In this document: positions 38,301-50,193 of the stretch, in pieces
Position numbering within the stretch: the first letter of the stretch is position 1
Layout: the number at the start of each line of letters is the position of its first letter
Source of the DNA: Azolla caroliniana
Lineage: Eukaryota > Plantae > Polypodiophyta
Assembly: GCA_043228905.1 (NCBI GenBank)
Contig: JBHGNT010000008.1
Location: 16,430,001 to 16,494,000 of the forward strand
Length of the DNA: 64,000 bases
Direction: 5' to 3'
Program-made: the position numbers and the translations under genes
Notes under the pieces: generated by a model
The model's input: only the letters and a program-made list of their open reading frames with translations
The model's database searches: none
What the model was told of the DNA's origin: nothing

Positions 38301-38960
38301 TGGAAACTTCTCCGGTCCCTACAATTCTGCACTCCTGCCTGTTGCCTAGTTGTATTATGCTGCTGGCGTCGGTTGAATAATTCGAAAACCATTCAATATT
38401 AGGGGTCACGTGGAATGTGGCATCGGAATCCAGTAGCCACGTGTCTGCATCCTGTGCACTGTAGAGGACTTCTCTGATCATCGAGTCCTCTATGGAAACG
38501 ATTTCTCCTGATCGAGTGTCGGCAATAGGCCGAGTTGGCTCGTCCTCGATCACACTTGGTCACGTTCTACTCTCTTTTTTCTTGATTGATCAGCAACCGG
38601 AAACATTTTGGCCAGATTTCCTACAGTGTGTGCAGAATTCACCTAATCAGCCCGTTCTCGACTTCGATCGCTATCAGTCTCCCCTCGTCTTCGATCGATT
38701 GGTGTTCCGACCAGTTTTGTCGGCTTGTTCTCTGGATCAACTAAATCTGTCGAACGGCTCGGTCGAGTGGTGGGCTTTTACTGATTCATCGATGGTGAGT
38801 CCCATCGATTTTCACCGAATGTTCTCGGTGAGGACTTGGCCGATTGTCTCATCCAAAGTTAGGATCGGTCGGCTATTGGCGTGTGTCATGCAGAATACCT
38901 CCCAACTCGCCGGCAAGCTCAATAGGAGGGCAAGGGCTTTCACTTCTTCGAAGTTGATCC
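35400..38960 (-). mobile_element. Ty1/Copia element E (3' part), cut off by the LTR at 38961
   Basis: 3' LTR TGTTC...CCAACA 35400-35525 with PPT (CGGGGGATTT); RNase H (AISWSSKLQ, KHIEVRYH), RT N-terminus (KWVF, KARLV, QLDVKT), integrase, protease WLLDSDATFH, gag fragments. Confidence 0.9.
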
Positions 38961-39992
38961 TGTTACAGGCATGACCATATAATATCCCGTGGTGAGAATT
39001 TATCGTAGTATTCTATACATGTGGATAAGTGTGAGGGTTAAACGAGAGTGTAAAGAAGGGGAGGATTACTTTTAATCCTCGGGATTGAGACAACCCATTA
39101 GGCCAAGTGTGAACTTGCCTAGGGGCCTTGGGTATCGCTATAAATAAGAGGCCTAGCTACCCTCATTTCATCATATCTTGACTACGTCGAGACTCCGTTC
39201 TTGTGGTGGGTCAACTCTTGTAGCGAGCGCTGTCGTGAAGATCCGTCACTAGGCGCAGATCGGGAGGCGGAACTGCCGGGGTTCTAGACCGGAAGGACTC
39301 GAAGTTTTTAGTAGCTTTAGCGAGAAAGGATTTAAGGTCGATTGAAAGAGAGAGAGATTGAGATAAGATAGAACACTTGATTCTAGATTAAGAGAGAGAT
39401 TAAGATTGAACTCTTGATGTTAGATTTGAAGAACAAGGTATATCATCAAAAGGATAACAAATTTTTTGCTTAATATTAATTTTGATTTAAAGTACAAAGA
39501 TTGCTTGATCCAAAAAAAAATCCCCAAAATTTTTACATTAGTCCTCTCATCTTTTTCCTCCCCTCTTTTATAGATGCCCTCATGCATTTGAGGGTACAAG
39601 ACATGCATAAAATGCATGTTTGCCATTTGGCGCTCATGTATTACATGTGGTGCATGATAACCATGTCACTCATTTTAGCTCTCATGTAGGAGAATTTACA
39701 TGTAAAGTTAAAATGATAAAAATATAATTCCAAGAAAATGTGTTGGCTTAGTGGTAAGACTATTGACTCCCAACTTGAAGGTGTAAGGTTCAAATCCTTA
39801 CTTTCCTTCCTTGTGTATATGTATAAATATTTATTTATTTATTTATCCATCTAGTTTCCGATCGCCGGTTACCATCTCGATCCCTTCGCTCGGGGGTGGT
39901 CGGGTGGATCGACACCCTTCTTTCTCTCTCTCCTTTCTACCTATCTATCTTTTATCCTTATCATATGCTTACTTTAGATCATATCTCTAAGA
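38961..39992 (+). mobile_element. 5' LTR of a host LTR element H whose internal region continues at 39993-40255, 57672-59175 and 63137 onward
   Basis: TGTTAC start; homology to solo LTR 1093-1550; followed by the tRNA-Met PBS TGGTATCAGAGC at 39995-40006. Confidence 0.85.
39740..39802 (+). promoter_or_regulatory. tRNA-like Pol III type 2 promoter inside the LTR
   Basis: A box TGGCTTAGTGG (39744-39754), B box GGTTCAAATCC (39787-39797), T-arm stem GTAAGG/CCTTAC, CCC anticodon-like loop; no convincing acceptor stem. Confidence 0.6.
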
Positions 39993-40877
39993 CTTGGTAT
40001 CAGAGCTTATGTTTCTAATGTTTCCTTTGTTTGTTTTTGTCTTCTTGATGGATGGTGATCGATCGTCGTGCAGTCGATCTTGATCCAGATAGCGATCAAC
40101 AAAGGAACTTCAGTAACTCTTTCTTGTTTTTTAAAATTTTTTCTTCTCCCATCTAATCATGTATATGGTCAATATGATTATTTTTTTCATTGATTCAATG
40201 ATGTTGTAGTGGTAATGAATTGGTTGTATGAAATGTTTACATATGTGTATGAGGTTGTAAAAGAATACATTATGCGGAAGTGTGTGCGAAACGCAGAGTA
40301 TACAGTTTGGAGAACATAGAGATGGAGATGGAGATGGAGAGAGAGAGACAGAGAGAGCAGACAACTCAGTTCTATTTCAAAATAATGACGCTCTGTACAT
40401 AGACCGTGCTCAGTGAGCACCTTTTATACAAGCCCTGACAATAGGGTTGACACAAGTACTGGCAGTACTTGACTGCTCATAAATGAGCATACTACACTAA
40501 CTCCCAAACTTTTTCCTTACGAGGAATATCATACTAACGACCTTCCGGTTTACGCACCGATACGACCATGTTATGCATACCGATTTATGCACCCAGTCTA
40601 CGCACTGGGTTACGCATCGTATTACGCACGAATGTTGAGCTTGTCTCTCAACACTCCCCCTCAAGCTCAACTTGAGGTTCCACCTAGTCTGCCTGATCTA
40701 TGCTCCAACTTCTCCTGGCTCCATGCCTCGCTCGCGCTCCTCGACCCGTTCGGTTCCGCACGCCTCGACCCTTTCAGTCAGCTTGTCTGCTCATTCAGGC
40801 CTTCTTAGCTCCCTTGTTGTCGCGGTGTCGGCGCGTCCTTCGTTGCCCTTTTCTCCGCATGGCCTTCAGTTGATTCA

Positions 40878-43800
40878 TGTAAAAACAAATAGCGTGCAGA
40901 AGCAATAGAAAACAAAAACAGAGAACATGTTTAATGGAGAGCTTAATAGTACGCGGGAGAGACAGAGAGAGCAGAACAAGAATCACTATTCAAAAATTAT
41001 ATCAACACTCTGTACATAGTATGTGTTCAGCGAACACTTTTATACAAGTCCATACTGACTGATAGAAGTATGGTGTACTTCAATGCTCACTCGAGCGTCT
41101 GACACTAACTACGAGAGTATTAACTCTCTAGTAGTACTAGGCTTCCGGTTACTCACCGTCTCTTTTGCTCACCGGGTGCTCACCGGTCCGTCTCGCTCAC
41201 CAGCTCAGGCTTATTCAGTTGATCCGGCTCCAATTGAGCTTGCCGTTCAACACTCCTCCTCAAGCTCAATTTGAGGTCCGGTCGTAGTGTCAACGTCTGT
41301 GGCAACCGGTTCTTCTGCTCAACTCCTTCTGGCGTCACTCCACCTTGCTTGCACTCCTCATCCGGTCCGGTTTTGTTTGCCACGACCCCTCTTGTTCTGC
41401 GCACCTCGCCCTCCTCGGTCGGCTTGTCTGCTCAACAGGCCCAATTCAGCTCCCTCGCTGCTGTGACTTCGGCGCGTGCCGGTTCGCCGATTCCTTCATG
41501 TTGGCATTGACTTTCGCTGCCTTCTCATCCTCTTGGCCTTGAATTGATCCGGTCCTTCCGAATTTGTCTGTTGAACCGAATCAACTGTCTCCGATTCATT
41601 CCAGCTCTTGTCCAAATCGGTCACTCCCGATTCGTCTTCCAATTCGAGGCCCTTCACCACATCGGACCATGTCCGGGTCTTGGCCTTCTTCCTTCGGTCG
41701 GCTCTGTCCTTCTTGACTCTACCGCCGCTGCCGCTTGTTCCGACTTGTTCAGATGTGTCGACTTCCTTTGTCGACTTGGCTCCTTTCTTCTTCTTGTCTC
41801 TCCCTTTATCGGTTCTTCCCTCACCGGCGCATTCGGCAGTCTCTTTGCCTTTGTCCGTTCCGGTGTTTTTGCCCGTTCTCCCCCTCAAGTGTGGCATCTC
41901 GAGATGCTGAACACCAAGCATTTCGGTGAAGTGCTGCAACTTGTCCGATCCGAGTGGTTTAGTGAAGATGTTGGCAACTTGCCGATCCGTGTGAACATAC
42001 CGAAGTTCGACCTCACTGCTCAGGACATGCTCACGCACGAAGTGATAGTGCACTTCTATGTGCTTTGTGCAAGCATGGAATACGGGGTTCTTGGCGAGCT
42101 GCATGTTGCTTAGGTTGTCGCAGTAGATTAGAATCGGGGTCAGTACCTCAATCCGTAGGTCTTGCAGCAGTCGCCGAAGCCAAATGGCTTCACAGGTGGC
42201 AACGGTAGCGCCCCAATACTCAACCTCAGTGCTTGACAGAGCAACTGTTGGCTGCTTTTTGCTGCTCCACGCAACAACCGCGCTACCTAGGGAAAACATA
42301 TAACTGGAGGTTGATCGGCGATCTGATGCATCGCCGGCCCAGTCGGCATCTGTGTAACCGACCAGCTCTTCGGTTATACCTCGCCGGTATAACAGTCCCC
42401 GCCCTTCGTGCCGCTCACATACCACAGTATTCGGTGCGCGCACTGAAGATGCTCTACGGTCGGCTTCTGCATGAATTGGCTAATCACACCGATCGGATAG
42501 TTTATGTCAGGTTGGGTGATTGTCAAATATATAAGGTTTCCAACAATTTGTCGGAACTGTTTCTCATCGCAGGCCGGTCCGGAGTTGGGACAGAGCTTCT
42601 GGTTCCGGTCCAAGGGTGTAGAGACAGGTCGACATTCTGTCATGCCAAACTTGTACAACATATTCAACACATAGTGCCGTTGTGAGACCAATATGCCGTC
42701 GGGGGTTCGGATCACCTCGATCCCAAGTAAATAATGAAGGTTCCCCAGGTCCTTCATCTCAAACGCATCCGACAATTGGGACTTGACTCGGCTGATTTCA
42801 TCGAGTCCGGGTCCGGTGATGACCAGATCATCAACATACAACAAGATGCTAACCGGACTGTCCGGACCTTGCCGGATGAACAACGAAGAGTCGGACTTGG
42901 AGGCCGCAAACCCCATCTTACGCAACTGGTGCGTGATCTTCGCATTCCAAGCTCGCAGAATTGCTTCAGGCCGTAAAGTGACTTCTTCAGCCGGCATACC
43001 GCCAACTTGTTCATCTCTGTCTGGAAACCGGGGGGTTGTATCATAAATACCTCTTCTTCAAGATCTCCTTGAAGAAATGCATTCTTCACATCCATCTGGT
43101 GAAGATGCCACCCCCTTGCCGCAACAACCGCCAGCACCACACAAACCATCGTCATCTTTGCTATTGGAGCGAAGGTCTCGTCGTAGTCGATTCCGTGGGT
43201 CTGTGCATATCCCTTCACCACTAATTGGGCCTTGTACCAGTTAACTGAACCGTCAACGTTGTACTTTACCTTGTACACCCACTTGCATCCGATCGATTTA
43301 CTGTGACGGGGAGGGTAAACCAGATCCCATGTATCGTTGGCATCAAGTGCCCGCATCTCTTCTTCCATAGCGGCACGCCAATGTGCGTCCTTTGCCGCTT
43401 CTGCGTAGCTCTCCGGCGCACACACTTCCGCCACCTTGGTCATGTACACATAGTGATGCACAATGTACCTATTGTACCCGTACCGCTTAACAGGTTGACC
43501 GGCGTAACCTACCATTACCCGGTTTGAGGCCCTTCTTGGCTGGTTCGGTCTTCGGTGCCGAAGAACCGTCATTTTCCTTTCCGGAGTCGGATCCGCTTTG
43601 ATCTGACTCATCATTACCGGTGTCCTAATCCGGCATCTTCTTCTTCCCTTTCTCTTTGCGCGTGAACCGTCTCCTCGGTTCCTTGCGCGGGGAGAGCACG
43701 ACAGAGTCTTCATTACTCGCCGGTTCCTCATCCGACTGGTCGGATTGACCCAGTCTCTCGTTCGGCCCACTCAACCGAAACAATTCCGGACTCTCTTCTT

Positions 43801-46673
43801 GAGTGCCGAATTCATCATCTTCTATCTGGACCGGTTCAGGCTCACTAGCCTCATCCTCGGGTATCGGGTCGGGGTCAGAAGTCGGAGCTGGTAAGGCATA
43901 CCAAGATGCCGTCTCATCAAACTCAACATCGCGGCTAACTCAGACCTGCTTCGTCCGGGGGTTATAACACTTATACCCCTTTTGCTCATGTGAGTAGCCG
44001 ACAAGGATGCACTTCTCCGATTTTGCATCTAGCTTCCTCCGCTTCTCATTTGGCACATGCACATATGCTATGTTGCCGAAAATCCGAAGGTGTCTCAAAT
44101 TCGGCTTGCGCCCGAAATACAGCTCATGTGCGCACACCTTGTTACCGATCCGGTTTTGGATGTAGACGGCCGTCTGGACCGCCTCCGCCCGGTAGAAGTG
44201 GGGCATGCTCTTCTCTTCCAACATTGCCCTTGCCACGTCGACAAGCGACTGGTTCTTCCTTTCGGCCACACTGTTTTGCTCCTGTGTGTATCTGCAGCTG
44301 AACTCTCTCCGAATTCTTGTTTGTTGTAAATAACTGTTGAATTGACCGGAAAAATATTCTTTTCCACCATCTGACCGCAGACACTTGATCTTCCTCTCCG
44401 ATTCCCATTCCACCATGCTTTGGAGGTTCCAGAAATAGTCGAAGACTTCTCTCTTCCGCTCAATGAGGTAGATCCATGTGTGCCGGCTATAGTCGTTGAT
44501 GAAGGAGACGAAGTATCGACTCCCGCCAAGACTCACGTTCTGTGCCGGTCCCCATACATCCGAATGAATAAGGTCGAGCTTGTTACGACTACGGTTTTGT
44601 TCGGCGGGGAATGGAAGTCGGTGTTGCTTCCCAAGTTGGCAGGCTTCACATACTTGGGCCTTCCGGCCACTAAACTTCGACAAACCGAAAACAACTTGTT
44701 TCGTCTGCAGGTTTTGAAGCCTTCGGTAATTTACGTGGCCTATCCGCTTGTGCCACAGGTCGATGTCCGATTCGACCTTCTGTCCTTTGGCGAACAAGGT
44801 GGTGCCGACGTCATTGGTGTCGAGGATGAACATCCTCCCATCTCTGCGCCCTTGCGCGATAATCTGGCCCTCCTCCTCGATGAAGCACCCGAGGTGCGTA
44901 AACCGCACCTGCATTCCCTGGTCGACGATCTGTCGGACCGACACTAGGTTCTTCGTGATAGTCAGAACGTGTAATACGTTCATCAGCTTCCCCCTCTGTC
45001 CGACATGACTTAGGGGAACTTCTCCGACATGCATGATTGGGTGAGGAGTGTCGTCTCCAGTTTCGACAACTCCCGGTTGTTCCGGTTTCTCCAAGAAGGA
45101 GAACCACTCTTTGTGGTTCGTCATGTGATTTGACGCACCGGAATCAACGTACCACACTTCCTCCGATTTGGAAGTGGTCTTCTTCATCAAGTTAGCCTCA
45201 TGTTTCATCACCAAGGCTGGCCCCTTATCGGTCTTCCTGGTTCCGGATCCTTTCGATCCTTGCGCGTAGTGTGAGCTTTGCCGGTTCTCCCGACCGGTTT
45301 TGCCGGATCCAGCTTTGTCCGAATCGGCGTGCTTCTTCCAGCACTCGCTTTCTCTATGGCCCTTTTTGCCACAGTACCAGCATTCCGTGGCGGATTTGTC
45401 TTGCCGGCCTCCGGCTCCACCTTGACTCCCCCTGCTTGTGGAAGTCCCGGAACTACTATCGGCACAGTCTCTATGCTGTCGGTCTTGCCCTTGCCGGCCG
45501 CCTCCATTGCATGCCGACCCGCCTCGTCCACCACGCCCACGGGGACGATCCTCCTCCGTGTACAGTATCTGACTATCAGTGGGTGCACTTGTTGACGCAC
45601 TGGCGTGGTTCTCCTCTACAAGGAGCATCGACTGTAAGTCGAAAAATTACGGCGTATTCTCCCTCATACATATAGCTGTCCGGAAAGCTCAGAACTTAGA
45701 CGCCAGGCCCCCAAGACAGACCTGTACCATCTCCTCTTCATCTACCGTCACGTTGATAGAGGCAAGCGAGTCACAGATCTCTTTGATTCGAGCCGTGTAA
45801 TCAGCCACCGACATGTCCTTCTGTCGGACATTGCTCAACTCTTGTCGGAGTTGCAGCTTCCAGGCTGTAGTGCTTGCGGCGAACACCTTCTTCAGGTTTC
45901 CCCAAGCCTCTTTCAACTTGGCATCTCGAATGTGGCTCAGCAGCTGGTCTCCGACACTGGACGCAAAGCAGTACATCACTCTGCTTGCCGATTGTTCCCA
46001 CACCGGGAAGTCCTTGTGTGCCACATCAGGTGCTGTGTCGTTAGCTCCACCGACATAACTCTAGTAACCATGCCCAAGTAGGTACTGGTGCACCTGGTAT
46101 GACCAAGATGCATAGTTAGATCTTTCAAGCTTATCCACCGGAAGCGAGCTAGCCATTCCTCTATCCATTGTTTTTTATTTGTTCTTTACAAAGGTTAGGT
46201 TTTCTTCTTGCGAAGGCGAATGTCGGCTGTAGAGGTTCTCAATCCTCGCGCTCTAATACCATGTAAAAACAAATAACGTGCGGAAGCAATAGAAAACAAA
46301 AATAGAGAACAGGTTTAATGGAGAGCTTAATAGTAAGCGGGAGAGACAGAGAGAACAGAACAAGAATCACTATTCAAAAATTATATCAACACTCTGTACA
46401 TAGTATGTGTTCAACGAACACTTTTATACAAGTCCATACATACTGACAGAAGTACGGTGTACTTCAATGCTCACTCGAGCGTCTGACACTAACTACGAGA
46501 GTATTAACTCCCTAGTAGTTTAGCTGCTACTAGGCTTCCGGTTACTGATGGATCCGGCTAACCGGCTCCCCAGCTCACCGGCTCTTTTGCTCACCGGATG
46601 CTCACCGGTCCGTCCGCTCACCGACTCAGGCTTATTCAGCCGAACCGGATCCAATTGAGCTTGCCGCTCAACA
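40878..46673 (-). mobile_element. Ty1/Copia element B, full length, nested in the 3' region of A
   Basis: LTRs 40878-41252 and 46262-46673; TSD ATTCA/ATTCG; PBS TGGTATTAGAGC; gag, CCHC (CWYCGKKGHRESEC), WYVDSGAS, integrase, RT (LYVDD) and RNase H, with several stops and frameshifts. Confidence 0.95.
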
Positions 46674-49600
46674 ATTCGGCGTATCCGAATCGAAGATTTC
46701 GATTGAATCGAACACTTCCGATTCAATTCCGCTCTCATCCGAATTGGCTGTCTCCAATTCATCTCCTGTCTTTAGGCCTTTGAGTACATCAGACCACGTA
46801 TTGGTCTTGGCCTTTATACCCTTCTTGGCTTCATCTCCCCCACGCTTGGTTGGCTTTGGCTCTTCCTTTCGACTACTCCCCTTATGTCTGCTTCCGGACT
46901 CTTCTGCGGATCCGCCCTCGGCTTCTTCAGCCAATCCGAAATCAAATTCGTCATCCGACTCGGCGTCACGGTCTTCTCCGCTCCTTTCCTACTCCCTTCC
47001 GTGGTCATCATGGACGCCTCTCCCCCTCAAGTTCGACACGTCGAGGTGACGCAACCCAAGTGCACCCGAGAATTGCCGTAACTTGTCGAGACCAAGCGGC
47101 TTGGTGAAGATGTCGGCAACCTGCCGATTAGTCGGAACATGCACTAGTTCGACTTCACCTGAAAGGACCCGCTCGCGGACAAAATGGTAATGCACCTCAA
47201 TGTGCTTGGTCCGGGCGTTGAACATGGGGTTTTTCGCAAGGTGGATATTACTGAGGTTGTCGCAATAGATTGTCGTTGGATTAGACACCTCTACCTGCAG
47301 ATCCCGTAATAGCCGTTTCAGCCAAATGACTTCGCACGTGCTTGACAGTGCTAATTTCAACTGCTTTTTGTTGCTCCATAGAGAGAATGCGTATCCGGAT
47401 GTGGATCTACGATCGTGGGTGTTTCCGGCCCAATCGACATCCATGTAGCTGACTAACTGTTCGCCTACGCCTGCCCGATAAAACAACGCCATGTCTTTCG
47501 TGCCGCTGACATAACCCAATATCCTTTGTGCACACTGAAAGTGTTCGGCCGGGCTGCGACATAAATTGACCGATAAGGCCGACTGGATAACTAAGATCCG
47601 GCCGAGTAATCGTCAGATAGATAAGGCTGCCGACAATCTGTCGGAACCATGTAGGGTCACACGCCTTTCCCGAATCTCGGCGAAGATTTGTGTTTCTATC
47701 TAGAGGGGTCGAGATGGGCTTATAGTTTGCCATCCCGAACTTGAAGAGCATATTCAGTGCGTAATGACATTGGCTGATCAATATGCCTTCGGGGGTACGG
47801 ATCACTTCGATCTCGAGGAAGTAATGAAGGTCTCCGAGATCCTTCATTTCAAACGATGCCGCAAGCTGAGACTTCACGCGGCGGATTTCGTCAAGGTCGG
47901 CACCGGCGATGACTAAATCATCAACATACAAGAGTAGGCTGACTGGTCCATATTGTCCTTGCCGAACAAATAGAGAAGAGTCTGATTCGACGGCACAAAC
48001 CCCATCCTACGCAGCTGTTGCGTAATCTTCGCGTTTTAGGCTTGCGGGGCTTGCTTAAGTCCGTATAATGACTTCTTCAATCAGCAAACTGCCGAGGTGT
48101 TTTGTTCGGATAGAAATTCGGGGGCCTCTACCATGTACACTTGCTCCTCAAGATCACCTTGCAGGAACGTGTTCTTTACATCCATCTGATGTAAATGCCA
48201 CCCCTTTGCCGCGGCTACGGCTAGTAGGACTCACATGGTAGTCATCTTCGCGACAAGCGTGAAGGTCTCGTCATAGTCCACACCGTGCTTCTGCGTGTAG
48301 CCTTTTGCTACTAAACGGGCCTTGTAGCGGTTGACAAAGCCATCAGTGTTGTATTTCACCTTATACACCCATTTGCATCCAATCGGCTTTCCACCCTTCG
48401 GTGCGTCAACTAGGTCCCATGTCTCGTTCTACATTAAGGCGCGCATCTCTTCCTCCAGTGCGGCATTCCAATTTGCGTCTTTCACCGCTTCTGCGTAGCT
48501 CTCCGGCTGACGCACTTCCGCCACTTGCGTCATGTACGCGTAATGGTGCGCCATGTACTCATTATACCCGTATCTCTTTACGGGATTGTTATGGTGGGTA
48601 GATCGGCGTAATTCGTGATTACCCGATTTCACGACCCTTTCGGTCAATTTCGACCTCTTGCATAGAGGTTCCTTTTTGACTGGCTCGATGTCAGATTCGC
48701 TTCGAACTAACTCAGCACTACCGAAATCATATTTTGGCATCTTCTTCTTGCCCTTCTCCTTGCGCGTAAACTGTCTCCTCGGTTCCTTACGTGGGGACAT
48801 TACGGCCGAGTCTCCACTACTCGTCGTCTCATCATTTGGTTGGCCATCTCGGCCCAACCCCTCATTCGGCCCGCTTAGCCGAAATGAGATTGGACTCCCT
48901 CTCAGAGCTCCGACGTCCTCATCATGTGGAGGCATTTTAGCCTCGCTGAGTTCTTCCTCAGAATTCGGATTGGAGGTGAGGTCCGAAGTCGGAGGCAAGT
49001 ACCAGGACGCGGACTCATCAAACACAACGTCGCGGCTTACAGGCGCTTGTTTGGTGCGTGGGTTATAACAATTATAACCCGTTTGCTCGTCTGAATAGCT
49101 GACCAAGATACATTTCTCGGCTTTTGTGTCCAACTTCTTCCTTTTTTCCTTCGGCACGTGCACATACGCGATGCTGTCGAAAATCCTCAAGTGTGCCAAG
49201 TTCAGATTCTTCCCGAAATACAACTCATGTGGCGACACTCCTCCATTAGTAGAAGTCCGATTCTACAAGTACACAGTCGTCCTCACAGCTTTAGCCCAAT
49301 AAAATTTCGGCATATGCTTCTCTTCAAGCATTGCCCTGGCCGCTTCTTCAATCGTCCGATTCTTCCGCTCGGCTACGCCATTCTACTCCGGTGTATATCT
49401 ACACGAGAATTTGCGTCGAATTCCCTCCTTCCGTAGATAACAAGTGAACTGGTCAGAGAAGTATTCCTTCCCGCCATCAGACTGTAGGCATTTGATCTTG
49501 CGCCCAGTTTCCCTTTCCGCGAGGCTCTTTGTTAACTCTTAGGGCCGAACAATGGCCTAACACAGGGTGTCTACGGAAGACACTTCACCAAAGGGGTGTT

Positions 49601-50193
49601 ACGGCAACAAGATTAGACTCAACGCTTACTTCGACTTAATTAGGTTACTTAGCATGATCGTCCTTAATATTCACACGCGTAAGATATAACAATGAATGTA
49701 GAACGGCAATTAACACAGAGAGATAACAACACTAAGCTTTATTAATTAACCGCTTCTCATTACATTGTATCCGGGCCTTTAAATAGGTTCCCGGTATGTA
49801 TTACAAAACGGTGCCATCCGCACTTGTTCGGGATCGGTCTGGATTTAGAACGGCATACCGATTCCGGTCCGTCTGTCCACACTCATAGCTTACTTACAAC
49901 CATTCGTACTAATTAAATAACTCCCCGTTTCACACTCTGGACTCCTTTGCCAGCCGGCCGGTAACACATGGCACACCCGTGGGACAGTACCTTGTACGTC
50001 GAATCCACATCCGACCCTTGCTATTCCTTGTCCAAAATATCTAGAGTGCTTTGTTTGAGAGTCTTCAATGGTTCATCTGGAATTGGTTGTTGTTGTTGTT
50101 GTTGCTGCTCTGTTGATGGCTGCTGCGACAAGTCCTTTGGTGGCTGCTGCGGCTGGTCCTCCATTTGTTGCTCTGACACCGACGTTTCCGTCG

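Noticed and set aside
39740-39810. Functional tRNA-Gly gene
   Set aside because: A and B boxes and T-arm are present, but the acceptor and anticodon stems do not pair convincingly
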